64,000 nt of DNA from Solirubrobacteraceae bacterium (GCA_035940195.1 DASZFC010000044.1:3267-67266), one strand, 5' to 3'; shown: positions 1 through 9,304, counted from the stretch's first letter. Notes: generated from the sequence alone by a model not told the origin. Numbers and translations are program-made.

Positions 1-395
1 TCGTACTCGTCGAGGCGCTTGCGATGGGTCTCGAGCTGGACCGCTGCCAACTCTCCTATGTCGGCTCCGAAGAAGAGCTTTAGCAGTGCGAGGTCGCGCA
101 GCATGTATAGCTCGGGTGTGAGTGTGCTGAGCCACTCGTTGAAGGCGTCGCGGCCAGGCTCGGTGAGTGTGTAGAGCTTGCGGCGTCTGCCGCTCTTCTC
201 CTGATTCTCGGTGACATAGCCGGCGCGTGCGAGTCGTGTTGGCTCTGCATATAGCTGGGAGTGCGGGAGTGACCAGAAGTGCCCGACGGTGGCGGTGACC
301 ATTTGCTTGAGGTCATAGGGGGTCGCCGGGCCGGAGAACGAGAGGAGTCCGAGGACGATGTAGGAGGTGGGTGTGAGCTCGATCTCGCCGGTCAT
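1..395 (-). CDS. PadR-family transcriptional regulator (3' end runs off window)
   Basis: Manual translation from ATG 395, not in ORF track: MTGEIELTPTSYIVLGLLSFSGPATPYDLKQMVTATVGHFWSLPHSQLYAEPTRLARAGYV..RRRKLYTLTEPGRDAFNEWL, a typical PadR/AphA wHTH. Confidence 0.88.
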   Translation of the reverse strand, partial: MTGEIELTPTSYIVLGLLSFSGPATPYDLKQMVTATVGHFWSLPHSQLYAEPTRLARAGYVTENQEKSGRRRKLYTLTEPGRDAFNEWLSTLTPELYMLRDLALLKLFFGADIGELAAVQLETHRKRLDEY

Positions 396-479
396 CTGCA
401 CGATCCTTGACAATGATCTGTTTCGGATGATATGTTTCGGAGTATAAGGGAAATCGCTGGGTGCTGGAGGCGAGCTTAG

Positions 480-1313
480 ATGACCGCAGTGAGACGTACC
501 TGCGCCGGCTGGGAATCGCACATGCATGGCCGTCAATCCACCAAGTGCGGCCGGTCGTTACGAGGTGCATTCACCTGCTTTGCCCTCCTGGTTCTCGCAC
601 TCGCGTTGCTGGCCCCGGTCGCCGCATCGGCAGCCCCGGCGGTTACGTTCAAATCGACGGCCTTGCCGATTCCCGGATTCCCGGGGACAGGCGACATCCT
701 GGGAGCGGGCACTGAGGTGGAAGTAGAGTCCACCATCACCGGTACTGAATACGGAGGTTTCCCGTCTCCGCTTGTGCTCCTCACGATCGACTCGCCCGCC
801 GGCACCAAGGTGGATTCCAACGGCTTTGCCACCTGCGCGCAGGCGGTGCTCGAAGCCGACGGACCGAGGGGCTGTCCGAAGAAGTCGCGTGCCGGCCCAG
901 TGGGCGAAGGGCTTGGCATTGTCAGCTTCGGGCACGAACAGGTCAGGGAGAAGGTATCGATCCAGGGGTTCTTCGCTCCCGGCAATACCCTGATCTTCTT
1001 CGTCGATGGCACCACCCCAACTTCGCTTGAAATCATCGAAAAAGCTCACTGGGTAAGCGGCCCTGCCCCCTTTGGGCCGGAGGCAATAGTCGAACTCCCA
1101 CTGGTCGAAACCGTGCCGGGCGCCCTCGACGCATCGATCCTGTCCTTCAAAGTCACGGTCGGCGCGGCGTACAAAAAGGGCAAGAAGACGGTCTCTTACA
1201 TCACCCTGCCAAAAAAGTGCCCAAGGGGTGGCTTCCTGCTCAAGTCACAATTCAAGTTCTATAGCGGCGAAAGCACCACGGTTACATACAAACCGCCTTG
1301 CCCCAAGAAGTAG
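480..1313 (+). CDS. Secreted hypothetical protein (signal peptide, beta-rich, several Cys)
   Basis: Hydrophobic signal LLVLALALLAPVAASAA followed by a beta-rich body with C..CP, KCP and CP motifs. True start may be ATG 522. Confidence 0.75.
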   Translation: MTAVRRTCAGWESHMHGRQSTKCGRSLRGAFTCFALLVLALALLAPVAASAAPAVTFKSTALPIPGFPGTGDILGAGTEVEVESTITGTEYGGFPSPLVLLTIDSPAGTKVDSNGFATCAQAVLEADGPRGCPKKSRAGPVGEGLGIVSFGHEQVREKVSIQGFFAPGNTLIFFVDGTTPTSLEIIEKAHWVSGPAPFGPEAIVELPLVETVPGALDASILSFKVTVGAAYKKGKKTVSYITLPKKCPRGGFLLKSQFKFYSGESTTVTYKPPCPKK

Positions 1314-1329
1314 AACAACCCAGAGCTTT

Positions 1330-1629
1330 ATGACGTGGCGCACCAATCGCACGTTGTGCGTGCTGGCGGCGATCGCCGGGTTCGGTGGGCGGGGATGGGG
1401 TGCTTCCAATCGTGAGGTCGCCGAACGTGCGGGGATCGGTGAATTAGAAGCCGACCCGCTCCAGATGTCGCGTTTGCTGTGGTGCCTGGAGATGCTCGAG
1501 CTGATCGAGAACACCACCCGAGGTCAGCTCAGAGGTGGGCCTAACGCTTGGAGGCTAACCACGAAGGGAGTGCAGGTACGGCGAGAACTCGAGGCAGAGG
1601 GCGGGAGCGTATCGGCCGCAGGCCGCTGA
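1330..1629 (+). CDS. Small stand-alone winged-helix (MarR-like) protein
   Basis: MTWRTNRTLCVLAAIA..GASNREVAERAGI..QMSRLLWCLEMLELIEN..PNAWRLTTKG: HTH plus wing. Confidence 0.65.
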   Translation: MTWRTNRTLCVLAAIAGFGGRGWGASNREVAERAGIGELEADPLQMSRLLWCLEMLELIENTTRGQLRGGPNAWRLTTKGVQVRRELEAEGGSVSAAGR

Positions 1630-1686
1630 GGGCTCCTCGGGTTTCGCCGGAGTTGGGTAAGAACGTCCGTAGGTTCCTTTGTTCGC

Positions 1687-1711
1687 GTTTACGCAGCCAC
1701 CGAGTGGGTAT
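1687..1711 (+). promoter_or_regulatory. Candidate SigB/SigF-type stress promoter
   Basis: GTTTA-N14-GGGTAT matches the sigmaB/SigF consensus, upstream of the ORF starting TTG 1829. Confidence 0.5.
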
Positions 1712-1828
1712 CTCCGTCTGACACAGAAAAGTATGCGGTCCTAGACAGGTTCCCGAGACCCACGACTGGACTTGCGTCCGGTGGGAATGCAGGGGTCGGG
1801 ATGGGACTTCGGAGACGGAGGTAAAGCG

Positions 1829-2140
1829 TTGATTTGGCTGGTTGTCATCCTTGCTTTGACCCTAGGCGGCGTCGCCCTGAGCATGGGGGTCGCGATCGCG
1901 ATCGGCCGTGCCGGAGCGGCGACCGACGCCGACCTCGACCGCTTGCTCGACGAGCATCGCCGGGGCCCTGCGGTCACGGTCCTGCGCCAGAGCTACGTTG
2001 GGCTGGCTCGGGCCCAGTCGGTGATCGCGCGCGAGCATTCGATCACCGCATCGCTGCCGAGGAGAAGCGCCGGCCGACGCTCGCCGGCCAGTTCGTGCAC
2101 CTCGCGCCGCCTGCGTCTTCCCGCGCGCACGAGCCTGTGA
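1829..2140 (+). CDS. Small membrane-anchored hypothetical protein
   Basis: GGAGG at 1817-1821 then in-frame TTG 1829. N-terminal TM helix IWLVVILALTLGGVALSMGVAIAIG. Confidence 0.45.
   Translation: MIWLVVILALTLGGVALSMGVAIAIGRAGAATDADLDRLLDEHRRGPAVTVLRQSYVGLARAQSVIAREHSITASLPRRSAGRRSPASSCTSRRLRLPARTSL
1993..2110 (-). pseudogene. Remnant of a glutaredoxin/GST-N domain gene
   Basis: RREVHELAGERRPALLLGSDAVIECSRAITDWARASPT* resembles the Grx/GST-N C-terminal motif VP.L...G..I.(D/E)S.AI..W. No recognisable N-terminal half. Confidence 0.4.
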
Positions 2141-2276
2141 GCGCCATCTAGGAGACCGTGAGCGTGCCTAGTCGCCACACGCGCGGGAGGCCCCGCCCCG
2201 AACCAGCTGGGACCTGCATCGCAAAGACAGTGGCCCAGGCTGACGGCCGGGCGAAAGCTCTACCCGGAGGTGGTAT

Positions 2277-2951
2277 ATGCCCGAGTCTGTTGACTCTCAT
2301 CATCTTCTGCTGATCGGCGCCGGACCTGGAGTCGGCGCCGGTGTGGTTCGGCGCTTCGGCCGCGAGGGCTTCCGCAGCACACTCATCGCGCGCGGCGGAA
2401 CGCTCGACCAGCTGGCTGCTGAACTGCGTGGCGGCGGCCTCGAGATAGAGGCGGTCGTCGCGGATATCGAGGATTTGGATGGCTACCGCGAGGTGCTCGA
2501 ACGGATCTTCGGCGCGCCGGGGGCGCCCGCTGTTGTCGTTTACAACGCTGCCTTGCCAGATCCGGGCGAGATCCTCGACACTACCGTGGAGCGGCTCCGG
2601 ACAGCACATGACGTAGATGTCCTCGGCGCTGTCGTCGCGGCACAGGTAGCCGCGCCCATCCTGCGGGCAGCCGGCGGCGGCACCCTGCTGGTCACCAGCG
2701 GCGGGTTCGCCGACAATCCATTGCCGGCCCTGGCGAGCCTCTCGATTGGGAAGGCCGGCCTGCGCTCGGCGCAGACGCTGATCGCCGCGGGCGTCCGGGA
2801 GGACGGCATCCACGCCGCGACCGTCACGATCGCCGGTGTCGTCAAGCCGGGAACGGACTTCGATCCGGACAACATCGCCGAGCTTTTCTGGACCGCCCAC
2901 ACCGACTCGAAGGACGCCTGGCAGACCGAGTATCGGTTCACAGGCGCATAA
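2277..2951 (+). CDS. Short-chain dehydrogenase/reductase
   Basis: IGAGPGVG Rossmann motif, YNAA, SLSIGKAGLR. GGAGG upstream. Confidence 0.92.
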   Translation: MPESVDSHHLLLIGAGPGVGAGVVRRFGREGFRSTLIARGGTLDQLAAELRGGGLEIEAVVADIEDLDGYREVLERIFGAPGAPAVVVYNAALPDPGEILDTTVERLRTAHDVDVLGAVVAAQVAAPILRAAGGGTLLVTSGGFADNPLPALASLSIGKAGLRSAQTLIAAGVREDGIHAATVTIAGVVKPGTDFDPDNIAELFWTAHTDSKDAWQTEYRFTGA

Positions 2952-3034
2952 GCGGGGCGCCAGCACCGACGCGTAGCGACGATCGGCGAGGTAAACAGAC
3001 GCCGCGGTCGGCTCTGCGGTGTTACCGTCCGGGG

Positions 3035-4626
3035 ATGGCTGAGGTGGATGGTCGCGGCGCTGATCGGAATGCTGCCAGCCCGATACCAGCGGCCTCGAGG
3101 AATCGCGAACCGAATCGATGGGCGGTCCTGGCCCTGCTCAGCGTCGCGCAGCTGATGGTGGTACTGGACGCGACGATCGTGACCATCGCAATTCCTTCGG
3201 CCCAGAACGCGCTACATTTCTCGACCGATAGTCGTCAGTGGATCGTCACTGCCTACGCGCTGGCGTTTGGCAGTCTCCTGCTGCTGGGTGGCAAGCTCGG
3301 TGATCTGTTCGGACGCAAGTGGACCCTGATCGCCGGCCTGGTCGGGTTCTCGATCGCCTCGGCGATCGGCGGTCTGGCGCAGTCCTCGGCGTGCTCGTGG
3401 CCGCCCGAACGCTCCAGGGGGGATTCGGCGCGTTGCTCGCACCCTCGGCGCTCGGGTTGCTGACGGTGACCTTCGAGGGGTCTGGAGACCGGCCCACGGC
3501 GTTCGGGATCTTCGGTGCGATCGCCGGTGGTGGCGCCTCACTCGGGTTGATACTCGGCGGTGCGCTCACGCAAGTCTTGTCCTGGCGCTGGTGCCTGTAT
3601 GTCAACCTCGTGATCGCCGTGCCTACGACGATCGTGGCGTTGCGCCTGCTGGTCAATCGCAGCGCTCCGGAGCGGGATCCGATCGACATACCGGGGGTTC
3701 TCACCTCAGGGCTGGGCCTGTTCGCACTGGTCTACGGGTTCTCCAACGCCGAGACCCACTCCTGGAGTGCAATGGCGACGATCGTGGCGCTCGTCTCAAG
3801 CCCGCTGCTCCTGACGGCTTTCGTGCTGATCGAGCGCCGAGCCAAGCATCCCTTGCTGCCCCTCCACATCATCTGGGACCGGGCCCGCGGCGGCGCCTAC
3901 ACCACGATCGCGCTGGCCGGCGCGGGCGTCTTTGCCGTCTTTCTGTTTCTCACCTACTTCCTGCAGCAGCAACTCGGCCTGTCGCCGCTCACCACCGGAC
4001 TCGCATTCCTCCCTCTCACCGGCGTTCTGGTGGTCACCTCGACTACGGTGCAGACCCGCGTGATCCAACACACCGGGGTCAAGCCGCTGGTACTCGCCGG
4101 CACGACGCTCGGGGCGATCGCGATGTTCCTGTTCACGCACCTGACGCCCAGCTCCAGCTACGCCAGCAATGTCCTTCCCGGTCTGCTCGTCCTCGGCGTC
4201 GGGATGGGATGCATCTTCGCGCCAGCGTTCTCGACGGCGACTCTAGGCGTGGAGGGACGCGAGGCCGGGGTCGCCTCGGCGATGGTCAACACCTCCCAGC
4301 AGGTCGGCGGCTCGGTCGGCACCTCCCTGCTGAGCACGATCTTCGCCACAGCCGTTGCCAGCTACACGGCCGGTCACCTGCGCACCACCCGCCTGGCTAA
4401 CGCCGCGGCAGTTCACGGCTACACAACTGCGTTTTGGTGGGCGGTCGGAATCTTCGCCCTCAGCTTCCTTCTGGCGACCGTGATCCTCCCCGGCCGGGCC
4501 AGGCCTCGCGTGCCCACCCTCAAGGCTGCGCTCGCCCGTCACGCGATCGGCAACTGCCACCACTCCGATGCCGCGGATGGCGCCCGGCAGGTGCTTGACG
4601 CTACGACGAGTGCTGGGGGGCGATGA
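3035..4626 (+). pseudogene. DHA2/EmrB-type MFS transporter split by a 1-nt frameshift
   Basis: Frame A gives QLMVVLDATIV..GGKLGDLFGRK..GLAQS. Frame B continues GVLVAARTLQGGFGALLAP. The junction TCC TC GGC at 3383-3390 lacks one base. Confidence 0.8.
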
Positions 4627-5056
4627 GCAGCGGCCGCTTGGTGTGTGCCGCGAGTGCGTGGGAGACGCTGCCGAGCAGAGCGCTGCTGATAGGGCCCCGG
4701 CCGCGTTGGCCGCAGACAACCAGTCCGGCGTCGATCTCCTGGGCGATCTCATCGATCGTCCTGGCCACAGATTCGTTGGCTTGCGCGATTCGCGCGGAGG
4801 CGTTGTAGCCGCGCTCGCGGGCACCCGCGGCGCCCTCTTCTGCGATTCCTCGCGCGGTAGCCGCCTCCTGCTCGTCGATCTCGCCCTCGTTCGGTACGGC
4901 GACCACGAACGAGCCGGCTCTGGCCAACTGGACCGCTGCCGGCATCCATACAACTAAAACCACGGCATCGGCGGGCTTGATCAGTTCGACTGCGGCGGCC
5001 AGCGCCGTCTTTGAGCCGTCGGATCCGTCGTAGCAAAACAACACCGGCTTATTCAC
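4601..5056 (-). CDS. Universal stress protein (UspA family)
   Basis: VLFCYDGS..VVCGQRGRG..LLGSVS motif. Confidence 0.93.
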   Translation of the reverse strand: MNKPVLFCYDGSDGSKTALAAAVELIKPADAVVLVVWMPAAVQLARAGSFVVAVPNEGEIDEQEAATARGIAEEGAAGARERGYNASARIAQANESVARTIDEIAQEIDAGLVVCGQRGRGPISSALLGSVSHALAAHTKRPLLIAPQHSS

Positions 5057-5164
5057 CGCTCAGCCTCCTTCTCGCAAGCATCAAACAGTCGCGCGACAGG
5101 CTACTTCGCGGCGGGACTCGAGGATGTCACCGTCGTTCGCTCAATCTCGCGCGCCAGATAGGCT

Positions 5165-5896
5165 ATGGCCACCGTGGCTCCCAAGCTCGTCCTCCACGTC
5201 CTGCCCCCGTCGCACCCGTGCATGACTGCCGCCGCGGCCCTACGCTTGAAGGGCCTCGAGTACGAGCGGGTCGAGTTCGTCCCTGGTCAGCACGTCGAGC
5301 CGATGCAGGAGATCTACGGTGAGGGCAACTACACCGTGCCCGGGATGCTCATCGACGGCGAGCCCGTGCACGGTTCGCGCGCGATCCTCGAGCGCTTGGA
5401 GACGCTGGTAGCCGAGCCGGTTCTCTACCCCTCCGAGGAGGTCCGCGAGGCCGAGCGCTGGGGCGACGAGGAGCTCCAGGATCTCGGGCGGCGGATGCCC
5501 TGGGGAGCGCTCTACTTCCGTCCCGAGGCGATGGGCACCTTCGCGGGCGCTGAGCCTTTGGATGGGCCCGGTACCGACTTCGCGATTCGCTTCGTCCGCG
5601 GCACTTGGAAGTACCACAAGATCACCGCAGAGCGCCTTCACGAGGACCTCGCCGGGCTGCCGGGGAAGCTCGCGCATGTCGAGCAGCTCGCCGCTGACGG
5701 TGTGATCGGCGGTGAGCAGCCGAATGCGGCTGACCTGCAGATCGGCGCAACGCTGCGCATGCTGCTCAACCTCGGCGACCTGCGTCCGCTGCTCGAGGGT
5801 AGTGCTGGCGAGCGGATCGCGCGCGACCTGTTTGCGGAGTATCCCGGGGAGATTCCAGCAGGCGCGTTTCCCGCCGGCTGGGTGCCGGCAATCTGA
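5165..5896 (+). CDS. Glutathione S-transferase N-terminal-domain protein
   Basis: SHPC motif, TVPGMLIDGEPVHGSRAI, PNAADLQI. Confidence 0.88.
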   Translation: MATVAPKLVLHVLPPSHPCMTAAAALRLKGLEYERVEFVPGQHVEPMQEIYGEGNYTVPGMLIDGEPVHGSRAILERLETLVAEPVLYPSEEVREAERWGDEELQDLGRRMPWGALYFRPEAMGTFAGAEPLDGPGTDFAIRFVRGTWKYHKITAERLHEDLAGLPGKLAHVEQLAADGVIGGEQPNAADLQIGATLRMLLNLGDLRPLLEGSAGERIARDLFAEYPGEIPAGAFPAGWVPAI

Positions 5897-5921
5897 TCGC
5901 ACGCGGTGAGGACCCCGCGAC

Positions 5922-8900
5922 TCAGGCATGGGCAAGTGCCCTGCCGCTCTCGTCTATTACCCCGGGCTCGCCTCCGGCCTTGATCCACCGGCGGCGCAGG
6001 TGCTTGGCGTCTATCGTATTGGCATGGTTTGAGATCCATCTGCGGATCGGCTCGCGCACCAGATCGAGCTCGCCTCCGGCTTGCAGCCACTCGCTGTAAA
6101 TGAACCTTGCGTTTGCCGTGTCGCTGTAATTTGAAAGCCATTTTTCGATTGGCTCGCGCACAACGTCCATCTCGCCCCCGGACTGCAGCCACTTGCGACA
6201 GATAATGTTGGCTGCGGTGGTTTGGCTGTGACCCCGAAGCCAAGTCCGCAAAGACTCACGGATAATGTCTCTACGGCCCTTTGCGTCTATCCAGTGCTCA
6301 TAGAGGAAATGTGCACGTGGGGTGTTGGCATGGACTGAAAGCCAGCGCTTTAGCCCCTCGGTCAAAAAACCCGTATCGCCTCCGGCCTTCAGCCATGCAG
6401 CGTAGAGGTAGCTCGCGTCTACGTTTTCGGCGTGGACTGAGAGCCACCGGGTGACCGGCTCGCGGAGAAGATGCACCTCATCTTGACAATCAAGCCAAGC
6501 CTCGTAGGGATAGCGGGCGTTCTGCGTCGTGCCATAGCGCCTGAGCCACTCGCATACGTGCTCTCGGGCGAATGAAATATCGCCTTTGGCGCGAATCCAT
6601 GGCACCCAGACAAAGCTTGTGTCCGTTTGGGCGTTAGCATCGAGCCAGACCGCAATCGGCATGCGCACAACCGAAAGCTCGCCTCCTGCTCGCAGCCAGG
6701 CTCTGAAAACAAACTTGGCGTCCTCGAGGTGAGCATACCGGTGAAGCCAACTCGCCAGTGGCTCACCAACCAGTGAAAGCTCGCCACCGGCTGCCAGCCA
6801 CGACGTATAGATAAATCCAGCGCTTTCAGCAGCTTGATACTTACTGAGCCAGCATCGCAAAGGCTCGCGGACCAGCGAAAGCTCTCCCGAGGCTTCCAAC
6901 CATGCCTGACAGACGAACTGGACTGCCTTTGCGTCGTGGTTGGCGGCCAGCCATTTGCCGATGGGCTCACGCACGACATCTGGCTGGCCGCCGGCTTGCA
7001 GCCACTTACGACAGATTATGTTGGCGGGCTGAGTGTCGCCGAAGAGGCCAAGCCAAGCCTGCAGTGACCCGCCAATCACATCCGGCTCGCCGCCTGCTTC
7101 TAGCCAGCGCTCGTAAACGAATTGGGCGCGGTCGCTCTCGCCGTGAATCTCAAGCCAGCGTCTCAGCGGCTCGCGCACCAGGGAAAGCTCGCCGCCGGCT
7201 GCCAGCCATGTGGCATAGAGGAAACTGGCGTCTTCGGTGTTGCCACAAGCCTGTAGCCATGCCCTAACCGGCTCGCGAACCATGGCGAGCTCACCGCCTG
7301 CCCGCAGCCAGGCCTCATAGGCATACCACGTGTGCTGCTCATGGCCATAGCCGGCGATCGTCCTGGAAAGCGGCTCGCGAACCATGGCGAGCTCCCCGGA
7401 GGCCTCCAGCCATGACCGGCATACCGATCCGGTGTCCGCACTGTCCTTGTGAACTTCAAGCCATCCGCGAATGGGTTCGCGCACAAACCCGGCCTCACCG
7501 GTGCTATCCAGCCAGGCTTGGTAGACGAGTTTGGCCGTCAGAGTTCCGCCATGAACTGAAAGCCACTCGCGGACGCCCTCACACACGGTCTCAGGCTCAC
7601 CTTTGGCGCCCAGCCATGCGTCATAAACAAATCCGGCTGTCTCCTGACTACCGTGAATGGCAAGCCAGCGCCCGATCGGCTCACGGACGACCTCGATGTC
7701 ACCTCCAGCTCTCAGCCACGCTGGATAAAGAAAGCTGGCATTCAGCGTATCGCCATTGACCTCGAGCCAATCGCGCAGCGGTTCTAGGATCACCTCAGGC
7801 TCACCGGATGCCTGCAACCACGCCTCGAGCACATATCGTGTGTCCTTGGCTTGCGCGTGCCGCGTCAGCCATCCTGTGAGTGGCTGTGTGATGAACTCGA
7901 GCTCGCCTTCGGATTCCAGCCACGCTCGGTATACAAATCCACCCCACCGGTCACGGCCGTGAGTGCCGATCCACTGGCGGATCGGCTCGCGCACGAACTC
8001 GAGCCCACCGCCGGTGAGTAACCATGCGTCATAGACCGATCGCGCATCTTTGTCGCTTCCGTGCTTTTCGAGCCATTGCCCAAGTGCTTGCGAAATCAGC
8101 CCGGGCTCGCCCTTGGCCTCGAGCCACGCGCAATAGACGAGCCTTGCGTGCGTCGTTAGAGAAAAGCTGACCAGCCATGCGCTGATTCGCTGGCGCACGA
8201 GCTCGAGCTCGCCTTTGGCCTGCAGCCACTTCCAGTAAATGATGCTTGCAATGGTGCTCTGGCCATGAACGTCAAGCCATCTGCGGACCGGCTCACGCAC
8301 GAAATCGAGCTCTCCCCCTGACTCGAGCCATGCCCTGAGAACAAAGCTAGCGTCCTCGTCTTCTCCGTTGACAGCGAGCCAAGCCCTGATCTCCTCGCGC
8401 ACTAGCTCGCGCTCACCGCCCGCATCAAGCCAAGCCCGGTAAAGAAACCGCGCCTCCTTCAGAGTGGCATGCTCTGCCAACCACTGGCTGATCGCCTCAC
8501 AGACAAAGCCGCGCTCACCTTTCGCCTCTAGCCAGGCACAGAAGACATGGTGGGCAGTCGCTTCGCCAGCGTGCTGCCCCAACCAGGCCCTGATCTCCTC
8601 GCGCACTAGCTCGCGCTCACCGCCCGCATCAAGCCAAGCCCGGTAAAGAAACCGCGCCTCTTTCAGAGTGGCGTGCTCTGCCAGCCACTGGCTGATCGCC
8701 TCACGGACAAAGCCCGGCTGACCTGTGGCGTCCAGCCACGCGCTATAGAGGAAACGCGCATCCCTGCTTTGGCGGTGCACTTCGATCCATCGCTTGATGC
8801 TCTCGCGCACGAGTGAGAGCTCGCCACCGCCGCCCAGCCACGCCTTGTACACGAACTCCGCGGCCTCGGCGTCAGCGTGCTCCTGTAGCCAGGCGCGCAT

Positions 8901-9185
8901 CGGCTCACGCACCAGCTCGAGCTCCCCGCCAGCGTCCAGCCAGGCTGGATAGACGTGGCTCGCCTGGATCGCCTGGGCATTGGGTATCAACCAAGCGCGC
9001 AGTGGCTCACGCACCAGATCGAGCCCACCCCCGGCCTCCAGCCAAGCTGGATAGACGTAGCTGGCTCCGATCGCCTGGGCGTTGAGCTTTAGCCAGGCAC
9101 GCAGCGGCTCGCGCACGAGTGCGAGCTCACCGCTATCGAGCAGCTCCGCCAGCGACGGCTCGAAAGCATGGCTCGACAGGTTCAT
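5922..9185 (-). CDS. 1087-aa helical-repeat (alpha-solenoid) protein of unknown function
   Basis: Long uninterrupted ORF with 30 complete 34-aa units (one is 33 aa) plus terminal partial units, consensus AxFVYxAWLEAGGELELVREPIRxWLxxHGxxxD. TAGCGT -10-like hexamer 8 nt before ATG. Confidence 0.9.
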   Translation of the reverse strand: MNLSSHAFEPSLAELLDSGELALVREPLRAWLKLNAQAIGASYVYPAWLEAGGGLDLVREPLRAWLIPNAQAIQASHVYPAWLDAGGELELVREPMRAWLQEHADAEAAEFVYKAWLGGGGELSLVRESIKRWIEVHRQSRDARFLYSAWLDATGQPGFVREAISQWLAEHATLKEARFLYRAWLDAGGERELVREEIRAWLGQHAGEATAHHVFCAWLEAKGERGFVCEAISQWLAEHATLKEARFLYRAWLDAGGERELVREEIRAWLAVNGEDEDASFVLRAWLESGGELDFVREPVRRWLDVHGQSTIASIIYWKWLQAKGELELVRQRISAWLVSFSLTTHARLVYCAWLEAKGEPGLISQALGQWLEKHGSDKDARSVYDAWLLTGGGLEFVREPIRQWIGTHGRDRWGGFVYRAWLESEGELEFITQPLTGWLTRHAQAKDTRYVLEAWLQASGEPEVILEPLRDWLEVNGDTLNASFLYPAWLRAGGDIEVVREPIGRWLAIHGSQETAGFVYDAWLGAKGEPETVCEGVREWLSVHGGTLTAKLVYQAWLDSTGEAGFVREPIRGWLEVHKDSADTGSVCRSWLEASGELAMVREPLSRTIAGYGHEQHTWYAYEAWLRAGGELAMVREPVRAWLQACGNTEDASFLYATWLAAGGELSLVREPLRRWLEIHGESDRAQFVYERWLEAGGEPDVIGGSLQAWLGLFGDTQPANIICRKWLQAGGQPDVVREPIGKWLAANHDAKAVQFVCQAWLEASGELSLVREPLRCWLSKYQAAESAGFIYTSWLAAGGELSLVGEPLASWLHRYAHLEDAKFVFRAWLRAGGELSVVRMPIAVWLDANAQTDTSFVWVPWIRAKGDISFAREHVCEWLRRYGTTQNARYPYEAWLDCQDEVHLLREPVTRWLSVHAENVDASYLYAAWLKAGGDTGFLTEGLKRWLSVHANTPRAHFLYEHWIDAKGRRDIIRESLRTWLRGHSQTTAANIICRKWLQSGGEMDVVREPIEKWLSNYSDTANARFIYSEWLQAGGELDLVREPIRRWISNHANTIDAKHLRRRWIKAGGEPGVIDESGRALAHA
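8383..8714. repeat. Near-identical direct repeat, about 128 bp at 204-bp period, inside the repeat gene
   Basis: 8383-8510 vs 8587-8714, both encoding GFVxEAISQWLAEHATLKEARFLYRAWLDAGGERELVREEIRA. Confidence 0.9.
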
Positions 9186-9304
9186 GCCGAGGGACGCTAC
9201 CCCGGGCTTGGGATAAAACTCTCGTCCGGCCCGGCTGAACCGTTTTGGGCGATAAAGGATGGCATCCCATATCCCACCGGGCCATCAGCTGGCCGGCCCC
9301 CCTG

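Noticed and set aside
5922-9185. TAL effector or CRISPR-like array
   Set aside because: The 34-aa period matches TALE, but the LTPxQVVAIAS..GGKQAL consensus is absent. The DNA repeats are coding and degenerate, with no repeat-spacer structure.
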